A stretch of 57,828 nucleotides of DNA from Candidatus Enterousia sp. (GTDB taxonomy: Bacteria > Pseudomonadota > Alphaproteobacteria > Rs-D84): the NCBI GenBank assembly GCA_045114635.1, contig JBGUKY010000004.1, positions 1 through 57,828 on the forward strand. The letters run 5' to 3'. Position numbers and translations under genes: made by a program. Below are positions 10,335 to 19,024 of this stretch, piece by piece; the first letter of the stretch is position 1; every line of letters begins with the position of its first letter. The notes beneath the pieces are model-generated. The model was not told where the DNA came from. It ran no database searches and saw only the letters and a program-made list of their open reading frames with translations.

Positions 10335-10727
10335 ATGAGCATTATTAAAAAAATTGAACAAGAACAAGTTGCAAAATTAAAAGGCAACAAAGTTATCCCT
10401 GCTTTCAAAGCTGGTGATACAGTAAAAGTTCATGTTAAAATTAAAGATGGTGATAAATTCCGTATCCAATTATTCGAAGGTGTTGTTATTGCACGCGATG
10501 GTGGAGAAGGAAATAATGCTTCTTTCACAGTACGTCGTGAATCTTACGGCGTAGGTGTAGAACGTAAGTTCCCATTGTATAGCCCAGCAATCGAAAAGAT
10601 TGAAAAAGTTCGCGTCGGTAAAGTTCGTCGTTCGAAATTGTTCTTCTTACGCGGTTTGTCTGGTAAGAAAGCTCGTATTGTTGAAGATTTGTCTGCTAAT
10701 GCTAAAAAAGAAAGCAGCGAAGACTAA
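10335..10727 (+). CDS. rplS: 50S ribosomal protein L19
   Basis: [36 protein letters not shown]. Confidence 0.97.
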   Translation: MSIIKKIEQEQVAKLKGNKVIPAFKAGDTVKVHVKIKDGDKFRIQLFEGVVIARDGGEGNNASFTVRRESYGVGVERKFPLYSPAIEKIEKVRVGKVRRSKLFFLRGLSGKKARIVEDLSANAKKESSED

Positions 10728-10761
10728 ATCTTTACAAAAATTAGAACCAAGGGGTGTTAAA

Positions 10762-11118
10762 ATGAAATTGATTAAAAATCTATTTTTTGTTTTAACACCC
10801 CTATTTTTGTTATCTACATCTGCTTTTGCATATGTTGAAAAAGATGTGGCCGTATTGCGTATAATGAACAAGGCTGCAGGAAAAACTCAGGTTGTTTCCG
10901 GTAATGTTGGTGGAACAATCAAACATGATGGTTTAACAATTAAAATAGACAACTGTAAACAATCTGATCCTTTTGATGCAGAAAACTTTTTTGCGTTTGT
11001 GGAAATATATACAAAAACAGATGAACGTATTTTTAGTGGTTGGATGAACCGCAATGAACCTGGTCAAAACCCACTTCAAGATGATACCTATGATGTTTGG
11101 CTTGAAAAATGTGAGTAA
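10762..11118 (+). CDS. DUF2155-family exported protein
   Basis: Signal peptide; IFSGWM...YDVWL..C signature; start moved to ATG 10762. Confidence 0.75.
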   Translation: MKLIKNLFFVLTPLFLLSTSAFAYVEKDVAVLRIMNKAAGKTQVVSGNVGGTIKHDGLTIKIDNCKQSDPFDAENFFAFVEIYTKTDERIFSGWMNRNEPGQNPLQDDTYDVWLEKCE

Positions 11119-11121
11119 GCA

Positions 11122-11454
11122 ATGACAAAGAAAACAAAACTTCAACATATCAAATTTTTTATCAAAGCATCAATAGTTGTGTTCGTTTTGTTGGTATTTA
11201 TTGTGCTTGGTATATTTGTGCGCCCTGCCCAAACATTTGAAAACTCTAATATGAAGAAATGGGCTGATTTAACAGTTGAACAACGCACACAAACGCTTGA
11301 GCGCATTATCAAAAATATATCCGATCAAGAATTGTTAATGAAATGTGTTGATAAAATCGCAAGTTTGCCAAATTCTAACGAAATGTTGATAAAGGATGCG
11401 GCTGTTATTTGTTACACTGGGATACAAATGAATGCTTCAAAAGACGAAGAATAA
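11122..11454 (+). CDS. Hypothetical membrane-anchored protein
   Basis: N-terminal hydrophobic helix; in operon. Confidence 0.7.
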   Translation: MTKKTKLQHIKFFIKASIVVFVLLVFIVLGIFVRPAQTFENSNMKKWADLTVEQRTQTLERIIKNISDQELLMKCVDKIASLPNSNEMLIKDAAVICYTGIQMNASKDEE

Positions 11455-12130
11455 ATTATTTGTATTGTTATTTCTTTTGACTGGTTGTGGAACAACTATG
11501 CCTGCCGATATCGGCAAAAAATATCTTGATGCTAAATACCAATTCAATCCTTTGGGTGAAGGAAAGCTTCCAGACAATGACCCTTTGATTCGTTTTGATA
11601 CTTTTGATTGTGTAACATTTGTCGAAACGTCGCTTGCCGATGGTGATAAAGAAAAACTGACTAAAATCAGATACAAAAACGATAAAGTTGATGTTATAAA
11701 TCGCAACCATTTCATAGAAACAGATTGGTTAAATAGCAATGATTTTGAAAATGTAAGCCATATTTATGGGAAAACCAAAATCAGACATGTTGTGATAGAT
11801 AAGAAGTCCTGGTTCAAACGTGTTTATAATATTGATACAGACTTTGAAAGACAAAACATCGACATAGAATATATACCATATGAATATTTATCAAAAATAG
11901 ATATACAAACGCCTTTTATTGTGTTATTTATACATGACGGCAAAGGTTTTGAAAACAAAATCGGAACTGATTTAGCGGTTGTTCATATGGGTTTTTTATT
12001 ACCGGGTAACATACTGCGCCATGCATCCAGAACATATGGTCGTGTTATGGATACAGACTTTGAATCATACGTGGAAAAACACAAGAAAAACAAACATAAT
12101 ATTGGAATAGCATTGGTAAAAATAAAATGA
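11432..12130 (+). CDS. DUF1460 (NlpC/P60-like amidase) lipoprotein
   Basis: Lipobox LTGC; FDCVTFVE, RNHF, HMGF, RHAS motifs. Confidence 0.8.
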   Translation: MLQKTKNKLFVLLFLLTGCGTTMPADIGKKYLDAKYQFNPLGEGKLPDNDPLIRFDTFDCVTFVETSLADGDKEKLTKIRYKNDKVDVINRNHFIETDWLNSNDFENVSHIYGKTKIRHVVIDKKSWFKRVYNIDTDFERQNIDIEYIPYEYLSKIDIQTPFIVLFIHDGKGFENKIGTDLAVVHMGFLLPGNILRHASRTYGRVMDTDFESYVEKHKKNKHNIGIALVKIK

Positions 12131-13251
12131 ACGAAGAAAAACTTATTATAACTGATATGGGTGCAGATACAGAACACAAGCATTCTGATAAACCTATTTT
12201 GTGTTTAGGTATAGAATCTTCATGTGATGAAACAAGTGCTGCTATTGTGGACAGTGATCGAAATATTTTATCACATATCATTTATTCGCAAATCCCTGAA
12301 CATCAAAAATACGGTGGTGTTGTTCCTGAATTGGCAGCGCGCGCACATATATTGGCCATAGATGAAGTTATAAAATTAACATTGGAACGTGCAAACAAAA
12401 CTATTGATGACATTGATGTTGTTGCCGCTACCGCCGGTCCTGGTTTAATTGGTGGTGTTTTGGTTGGTTGGATGGCTGCTACAGGTATTACAAACGCTAC
12501 AAACAAGCCACTGGTTGCGGTTAATCATTTGGAAGGACACGCATTGGTTCCGCGTCTTAAAGCAGCATCAGCAAGTGATTCTTCAACAAATATAGATGTT
12601 GAATTCCCTTATCTGTTAATGTTGGCATCTGGCGGACATTGCCAGATATTATTGGTTCACGGTGTTGGCAAATATGAATTGATAGGTCAAACTTTGGACG
12701 ACAGTGCCGGTGAAGCATTTGATAAAATATCTAAAATGCTGGGGCTTGGTTACCCTGGTGGCCCCGTTGTTGATAAACGTGCACAACTTGGAAACGTAAA
12801 ACGTTTTCATTTCCCAAGACCTTTGTGTGATAAACCAGGATGTGATTTTTCATTTTCTGGCATCAAAACAGCGGCACGTATGTTGTTAGATAAAACACCA
12901 CAAGACGACATAGATGATACATTTATAAATGATTTTTGTGCATCTTTTCAGGCTGCAGTTGTTGATTGTATAACAAACAGATTACATAACGCATTACATG
13001 ACAAACGTGTTATAAAAGCATCACCAAAAACAATGGTGGTTGCTGGCGGCGTCGCTAAAAACAGCGCTGTGCGTGCCGCCATGGAAGATTTAGCAAACAA
13101 ATCAAATATGTTATTTGCTGCACCGCCTATGGCTTTGTGTACTGATAACGGTGCAATGATTGCGTGGGCAGGTTTAGAGAATTATCGTGTTGGAAATATT
13201 GTCAAAGAACCAATTGCGCCCCGCCCCCGTTGGCCATTAACAGAATTATAA
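12127..13251 (+). CDS. tsaD: tRNA N6-threonylcarbamoyladenosine transferase TsaD
   Basis: LGIESSCDET, GGVVPE.A.R.H, NHLEGH, DDSAGEAFDK, CTDNGAMIA. Confidence 0.97.
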   Translation: MNEEKLIITDMGADTEHKHSDKPILCLGIESSCDETSAAIVDSDRNILSHIIYSQIPEHQKYGGVVPELAARAHILAIDEVIKLTLERANKTIDDIDVVAATAGPGLIGGVLVGWMAATGITNATNKPLVAVNHLEGHALVPRLKAASASDSSTNIDVEFPYLLMLASGGHCQILLVHGVGKYELIGQTLDDSAGEAFDKISKMLGLGYPGGPVVDKRAQLGNVKRFHFPRPLCDKPGCDFSFSGIKTAARMLLDKTPQDDIDDTFINDFCASFQAAVVDCITNRLHNALHDKRVIKASPKTMVVAGGVAKNSAVRAAMEDLANKSNMLFAAPPMALCTDNGAMIAWAGLENYRVGNIVKEPIAPRPRWPLTEL

Positions 13252-13293
13252 AAAATGTTCCTCACATTGATTTGTGGGGATTTTTAGTGTATA

Positions 13294-14331
13294 ATGAAAC
13301 TTATGATAACCGAAGAAAAAAAAGAATTTTACGAGAAGGCTACTGATAATATACTTAAACAAGTGGCTTCTTTAAATTTAACGCCAGACCAACAAAATCA
13401 AGCAATTAAATTGGTGCTTCTTTTGCGTGAATCTTTTAAAGACGAGAAAATAAAAAAAACAACAGCGTTAGCAAATTCTCCGGATAATGTTTGGGATCTA
13501 GGATATGATTCTGCCGGCTTTTGTCGTGTGTCAAGTGTTCTTTTTATGTATGCGATGGAAAACACAGGAGATTGGCAATTGATGTCTATGCCAAAAGGTA
13601 TGTTGGATTATAAGCATCATTGGTTGGTGCATAAAAAAACTGGTAAAGCACTTGATTTAACATACGATCAATTTGCGTTCAAAAACCAAAAAATTCCTTA
13701 TGACAAAGGTGAAAAGACCGCGCCAAATATATCTTTTGATCAAAATGATGATGAACATGTGTTTGCTAAACTTTTGGGGTTTGATTTGACGCAATTGGTT
13801 AACAGTAAGAGAACTGCTAAACCTGCAAAATCTTATTCACAAAGATATGAAGAATTTACAAAAGCAACCGTTAAATTAGCTGAAAAAATTCATGCTGTAA
13901 ACAAAGACAAAATATCTGTACAATATACTTTGCCACAAATAACACTTGCTTTGCGTAATATATATAAGAATCCAGTTTTTCACGAAGCCTTTGTTTCCAG
14001 TAAAATGTCAGAAAACAAATGGTCTTCTGGATTTTGTGCTATGGCTAGTGTTTTAATTTATGAATTATATGGTGGAGATAAAGTTTGGAATATGATGGCT
14101 GTGCATTATAATGATTGGGTTGATAAAAACGGAAACCCAATAAGCTCAGTTGTATTTTTACAAGATAAAACCACAGGCGTTAATTTTGGAACAACCGGAG
14201 AACATTTTTATCCTTTGACTATACCTTATGAAATTGGTAAACCATTAGATGTGGCTCGTTTACATACGCCCAACAAAGAAAAACTTAAACGAATTTTGTT
14301 GCATGAACTAAGCTTAAATACAAAAAATTAA
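13294..14331 (+). CDS. Protein with two tandem transglutaminase/papain-like domains
   Basis: Repeat 1 SAGFC..HHWL..DLTYDQF..IPY..G; repeat 2 SSGFC..VVFL..GTTGEHF..IPY..G; real start may be ATG 13303. Confidence 0.6.
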   Translation: MKLMITEEKKEFYEKATDNILKQVASLNLTPDQQNQAIKLVLLLRESFKDEKIKKTTALANSPDNVWDLGYDSAGFCRVSSVLFMYAMENTGDWQLMSMPKGMLDYKHHWLVHKKTGKALDLTYDQFAFKNQKIPYDKGEKTAPNISFDQNDDEHVFAKLLGFDLTQLVNSKRTAKPAKSYSQRYEEFTKATVKLAEKIHAVNKDKISVQYTLPQITLALRNIYKNPVFHEAFVSSKMSENKWSSGFCAMASVLIYELYGGDKVWNMMAVHYNDWVDKNGNPISSVVFLQDKTTGVNFGTTGEHFYPLTIPYEIGKPLDVARLHTPNKEKLKRILLHELSLNTKN

Positions 14332-14333
14332 AT

Positions 14334-15566
14334 ATGTTACCTAAACCAGAACCTTTTGTTAAACCAGATATGATTTTTAGTGTAAGCGATGCTTCTGCAC
14401 TTCTTAAAAACGTTGTTGAAACAGCTTTTCCAGAAATTCGTATTCGTGGTGAATTATCACAAATAACACACGCCTCGTCTGGTCATTTGTATATGACTAT
14501 CAAAGATACAAATGCCGCAATAAATGCGATTATTTGGCGTGGTACACCGGTCAACTTCAAACTTGAAGAAGGCATGGAAGTAATTATAACAGGACGTTTT
14601 ACAACATATCCTGCGCGCAGTAATTATCAAATAGTTATCAATTCTATTGAAATGGCAGGTGTTGGCGCAATTCTTAAAATGTTAGAGGAACGCAAGCAAA
14701 AACTCGCCACCGAAGGTTTGTTTGATGCTTCTCGCAAAAAAGCACTTCCGCGTTTTCCACAGACAATTGGTGTGGTGACAAGTCCTACTGGTGCTGCATT
14801 CCAAGATATACAAAATAGATTACGCGAAAGATTTCCTGTAAAGGTATTGTTATATCCTGCCACTGTTCAGGGTACTACTGCGGCTGCAGAAGTTGCTGCT
14901 GGTATTGAATATTTCAATCGTATGAATAATGTTGATGTGATTATTGTTGCGCGTGGTGGTGGTGCACTGGAAGATTTACTGCCGTTTTCCGAAGAAGTTG
15001 TTGTTCGTGCCGCAGCGGCAAGTCATATACCACTTATTTCAGGTGTTGGACATGAACCAGATTGGATGTTGATTGATTTTGCAGCTGATGTTCGCGCCCC
15101 AACCCCAACTGGCGCGGCAGAAATGGTTGTTCCAACAAAAATATCATTGATTCAAGAACTTGATAATTTATCGCATCGATTAAATACAGCGTTGACAAAT
15201 CAGATTATCAATTTGAAACGTAATTTGTCGGCCATAAATCTTAAAAGCCCTAAACAAGTTTTAATGGAACAGGCACAAAGACTGGATGACATGGCTCGGA
15301 CTATGAATATTGTTATTGATAAAAAACTACAATATGTACATCAAAGAATCGAACTGGTGTCACGTTTCCCGACTATATTATCGAACAGATTGGCTGTATT
15401 AAATCAATCTGTATCTCATATGGGACAAATGCTGAATTCGTTATCGTATAAAAATGTTCTGCAACGTGGATATGCTATTGTGCGTGATAAAGATAATAAC
15501 ATAGTAAACACTGTTTCGGCGCGACCAGCATCTATTGAATTTGCCGATGGGATTATTGATTTATGA
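14334..15566 (+). CDS. xseA: Exodeoxyribonuclease VII large subunit
   Basis: SGHLY, IGVVTSPTGAA, ARGGG.LEDL, SGVGHE.D, APTPTGAAE. Confidence 0.96.
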   Translation: MLPKPEPFVKPDMIFSVSDASALLKNVVETAFPEIRIRGELSQITHASSGHLYMTIKDTNAAINAIIWRGTPVNFKLEEGMEVIITGRFTTYPARSNYQIVINSIEMAGVGAILKMLEERKQKLATEGLFDASRKKALPRFPQTIGVVTSPTGAAFQDIQNRLRERFPVKVLLYPATVQGTTAAAEVAAGIEYFNRMNNVDVIIVARGGGALEDLLPFSEEVVVRAAAASHIPLISGVGHEPDWMLIDFAADVRAPTPTGAAEMVVPTKISLIQELDNLSHRLNTALTNQIINLKRNLSAINLKSPKQVLMEQAQRLDDMARTMNIVIDKKLQYVHQRIELVSRFPTILSNRLAVLNQSVSHMGQMLNSLSYKNVLQRGYAIVRDKDNNIVNTVSARPASIEFADGIIDL

Positions 15567-15955
15567 TTTATACAGGCTATTTTTCCAAAACAAAAGAATA
15601 CGAACAAAATGGTTTAATACCCGTTGGTATCTCTGGCAAGATTCCAGATGGTTTTACGGGTTTAAGATATCAAAAATTAGCACCAAAATATGACTGGTGG
15701 AAGCATTGGCACGATGAAAAACTGTCGGATCAGTGGTTCAAAGAAAGATATTATGAAACAGTATTGAATCAACTTGATCCATTTGTTGTTGTCCAAGAAT
15801 TACAAAGTTTTGGCGAAAATATAGTGATTTTATGCTATGAAACGCCAGAAAAGTTCTGTCATCGTCATTTGATTGCCGAATGGTTAAACAACAAAGTTGG
15901 TACAAGTATTCGCGAGTTTGAATTTAAATCGCAACCTGATTTATTCAACATTTAA
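15563..15955 (+). CDS. DUF488-family protein
   Basis: MIYTGYF, LAP..W, LCYE...FCHR.LIAEW. Confidence 0.75.
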   Translation: MIYTGYFSKTKEYEQNGLIPVGISGKIPDGFTGLRYQKLAPKYDWWKHWHDEKLSDQWFKERYYETVLNQLDPFVVVQELQSFGENIVILCYETPEKFCHRHLIAEWLNNKVGTSIREFEFKSQPDLFNI

Positions 15956-16026
15956 TCTAATATTATAATTGACAAACGTCGTTTTTGTGTTATATTACGC
16001 CTTATAATATAATAAAGGGATAAGAC

Positions 16027-16461
16027 ATGGCAGACATTGTTGAAACAAGACGTTTTAATAAATACGTACAACAAAGCCTGATAGCAATATTATCAAAGCC
16101 AGGGGTTGAGGTTCGCTTTGTCGGTGACGACAACACACTTAAAACTTTGATTTCTGAATACTATACTGGTTGTGGTCCTGTTGAAAAAGCAAATCCACAC
16201 GTTTTATCGGTTAATAAAGATGGTAAAAAAGTATATGAATACAAATATTCAAAAGATACTGTTTCTGTTTATGTTGGTGAAACTTGTGTTGCAAATGTTG
16301 AATCGCCTGCCCTTAGCAATATGGATATTCAAGAATTAAAAGATGCTTTGATAGAAAAAATTATACAAGATAAAAAAGCCAAACAAGTTGAAATCGCCCG
16401 AAAGAATATGATGTATTACGATATCCGTGCAATGGAAAAATTAAAACAATTTCAAAAATAA
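16027..16461 (+). CDS. Hypothetical protein (orphan)
   Basis: 144 aa, TTGACA-type promoter and AAGGGA RBS; bidirectional terminator 16460-16483. Confidence 0.7.
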   Translation: MADIVETRRFNKYVQQSLIAILSKPGVEVRFVGDDNTLKTLISEYYTGCGPVEKANPHVLSVNKDGKKVYEYKYSKDTVSVYVGETCVANVESPALSNMDIQELKDALIEKIIQDKKAKQVEIARKNMMYYDIRAMEKLKQFQK

Positions 16462-16482
16462 AAACGCCCGTCTAGGCGTTTT

Positions 16483-18135
16483 TTAATGTTTAATAAGAGT
16501 TTTTGCGGACGCAATCGCTTCTTCTGTAATTTTGGCGCCACTTATTATACGGGCGATTTCGTTTATTCTGTTATCACCGGTTATTTCATCAACAGATGTT
16601 ATGGTTGAATTATTATCACTTTGTTTTGATATCTTGAAATGTTTATCAGCAAAACCAGCAACCTGGGCAGAATGAGTTATAACCAATAATTGTTCGTTCT
16701 TCGCCAATTTGTTTAATCTTTCGCCAACAGCAGATGCTGTTGCACCGCTTATACCTGTATCCAATTCATCAAACACAATTGTCTTTTTGTTGTTTGGGTT
16801 ATTAAGCACGACACGCAATGCTAACATAAAACGCGATAATTCGCCCCCGGACGCGATTTTATGCAGCGGAGCAAAAGGTGTACCAGGATTTGTTTTGATC
16901 GTAAATACGACGTTGTCTGTGCCATTAACAGATGGTTCTGAATTTTGAATATCAACAATAAAGTCTGCGGCCCCCAGTTTTAAATCTGGCAATTCGACCA
17001 ATATTTGTTTACGAAGATTATCTGCGGCAACTTTGCGTAATTCGTTTAAACGTATTGCGTGTTCGTTAAACGCTTTTGCGTATTTATCAACATCAGCCTT
17101 GCATTTCTTTAATTCGGCGTCACTGTTATCGATCGCATTCAATTGCGTTTCCATTTCAATCAGTTTGGCTTGTAATTCATCAACACTGCATCTGTGTTTA
17201 CGTGCAGCAGCACGCAATGCAAACAATCTTTCTTCGACAGAATCAATATCGTCGATATTTGTATTTTCAGGATGAATTTGTTCACTTATTTCTGCAACGC
17301 TTGCCGCAGCATCATATAATTTATCAATCGCATCTGAATATGGATTTGGTTCGGTTTTAATACGTTCCAATATGTGTGCGACAGAACATATTTGTTCATC
17401 CAACGAATTGCCATTGTTTTTCAAAACACTTATCGCTTCATTCAAAATACCAGCGTTCTTTTCTGCGTCCATATATCTTGCACGTGTGTTTGCTAATTCT
17501 TCTTCTTCGCCAATTTGTGGGTTTAAATTGCGCAATTCGGAAACATTGTGTTCCAAGAAATCGCGTTCGCTTTCTGATTTTTCAATTAACTCCGTTAACT
17601 GTTTTAATCTTGTTTGTGCATCATGTAGATCTTTATATGCTGATTTTGTTTGTGACAAAACATGTTCAAAATCTTTGTTATATAAACGCGCATATTCATC
17701 CAAAGCTGATAGGTGTGTTGTAACATCTAACAAAGAATGGTTTTCAAATTGTCCATGTATTTCAACAATTTCATCCCCGATTTGTTTGAGTGTTTTAACA
17801 GATACTAGAACGTCATTAACCCATGCTCTACTTTTGCCGTCTTGGGATAATGTTCTGCGCAAAATCAAGCCATCACTATAATCAATACCATTTTCATCAA
17901 GAATCTTTTTAACGTTATCATTAACAAAATCAAATTCTGCGGTCACAGACGCCATTTCGCACCCCGAACGAATTAAACCAGTGTCCGAACGTGCGCCAAG
18001 TGCCAAAGACATTGCGTCAAGCAATATACTTTTACCAGCACCGGTTTCGCCGGTCATAATATTAAGACCATTCCCGAATTCCAGATTCAGTTTTTCAATT
18101 AATACAATATTTGAAATGTTTAAACTAACTAACAT
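16483..18135 (-). CDS. recN: DNA repair protein RecN
   Basis: TGETGAGKS, IHGQ, ASGGELSR, FDE.DTGISG, ITH..QVA; start moved to 18135. Confidence 0.96.
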   Translation of the reverse strand: MLVSLNISNIVLIEKLNLEFGNGLNIMTGETGAGKSILLDAMSLALGARSDTGLIRSGCEMASVTAEFDFVNDNVKKILDENGIDYSDGLILRRTLSQDGKSRAWVNDVLVSVKTLKQIGDEIVEIHGQFENHSLLDVTTHLSALDEYARLYNKDFEHVLSQTKSAYKDLHDAQTRLKQLTELIEKSESERDFLEHNVSELRNLNPQIGEEEELANTRARYMDAEKNAGILNEAISVLKNNGNSLDEQICSVAHILERIKTEPNPYSDAIDKLYDAAASVAEISEQIHPENTNIDDIDSVEERLFALRAAARKHRCSVDELQAKLIEMETQLNAIDNSDAELKKCKADVDKYAKAFNEHAIRLNELRKVAADNLRKQILVELPDLKLGAADFIVDIQNSEPSVNGTDNVVFTIKTNPGTPFAPLHKIASGGELSRFMLALRVVLNNPNNKKTIVFDELDTGISGATASAVGERLNKLAKNEQLLVITHSAQVAGFADKHFKISKQSDNNSTITSVDEITGDNRINEIARIISGAKITEEAIASAKTLIKH

Positions 18136-18240
18136 GCCCGAATTATAGACAAAAAACACACGAGAATTCAAGGCAAATATACTTTGACAATAACGAATAT
18201 TGTGATATAACTGTTTTGCAGTAAAACAAAGGGAAACAAC

Positions 18241-18585
18241 ATGTCTGATTTGCCTGACAAAACATTAGAAATCAATAAAAAAACATATGATGATTTAATA
18301 GACTTTATAGAACATAATCCTGTAACGGAAGATAAAAAACTCGCTGGTACAACCGCTTATTATATTCATGGTAAAGATCATGGGAATGTTTATATTCGCA
18401 CACAAGCCAGAACGTCAAAAGCAATCTATATTGATATTGCCGGAAACAATAAAGAAATTATATCTTTAACAGGCGTTCAACCACGAGAATGGCCGGAATT
18501 AACTAAATTGTTAGAGGGTCGTGCCGAACAAACAAAGTTAGAAAATACAGTTAGAAAATTTTTACAAGAACAACGTATCAAATAA
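18241..18585 (+). CDS. Hypothetical protein (orphan)
   Basis: 114 aa, TTGACA..TATAAC promoter, AGGGA RBS. Confidence 0.7.
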   Translation: MSDLPDKTLEINKKTYDDLIDFIEHNPVTEDKKLAGTTAYYIHGKDHGNVYIRTQARTSKAIYIDIAGNNKEIISLTGVQPREWPELTKLLEGRAEQTKLENTVRKFLQEQRIK

Positions 18586-19024
18586 TTTTATTAAGTGCCC
18601 AGTCGCGCAGCCATAAAATATAGCCGTTGACTTTATAATCTGGATACGCAGAACGCAATAATTCTGCGTATTCTTTTAATTGGTATTTATATTGTTCTAT
18701 AAAGACAGATTTGTCTGTGTCTGTTTTATAGTCTATAAAATCTATGATTTTTGTATCGTGATTTATAAGCAGTCTATCAATTCTACGACTTATAAAATGA
18801 CCATGAACATTACCAGCGATTGGCACTTCTGTTTGTGCAGATTTAACAAAAAAAGGTATTAAATCAGGATGTTTCTTTATGTTTTGTATTGTTTCAGAAT
18901 CACCTGCTTCATAATCTATATCAATAACAACATGCTGCATCAAAGCGTGCATTTGTGTTCCGTTACTGGTTGCAAACTCTTTATTCTTTACACCAGCCAA
19001 AAAATCTTTCAAGTTCTGTGTCAT
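18578..19024 (-). CDS. PD-(D/E)xK nuclease domain corresponding to the AddA C-terminus (separate frame)
   Basis: GTQMH, EVPIAG, RRIDRL, IDYKTD, QL..Y; candidate ATG 19024 overlaps the helicase ORF end. Confidence 0.75.
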   Translation of the reverse strand: MTQNLKDFLAGVKNKEFATSNGTQMHALMQHVVIDIDYEAGDSETIQNIKKHPDLIPFFVKSAQTEVPIAGNVHGHFISRRIDRLLINHDTKIIDFIDYKTDTDKSVFIEQYKYQLKEYAELLRSAYPDYKVNGYILWLRDWALNKII

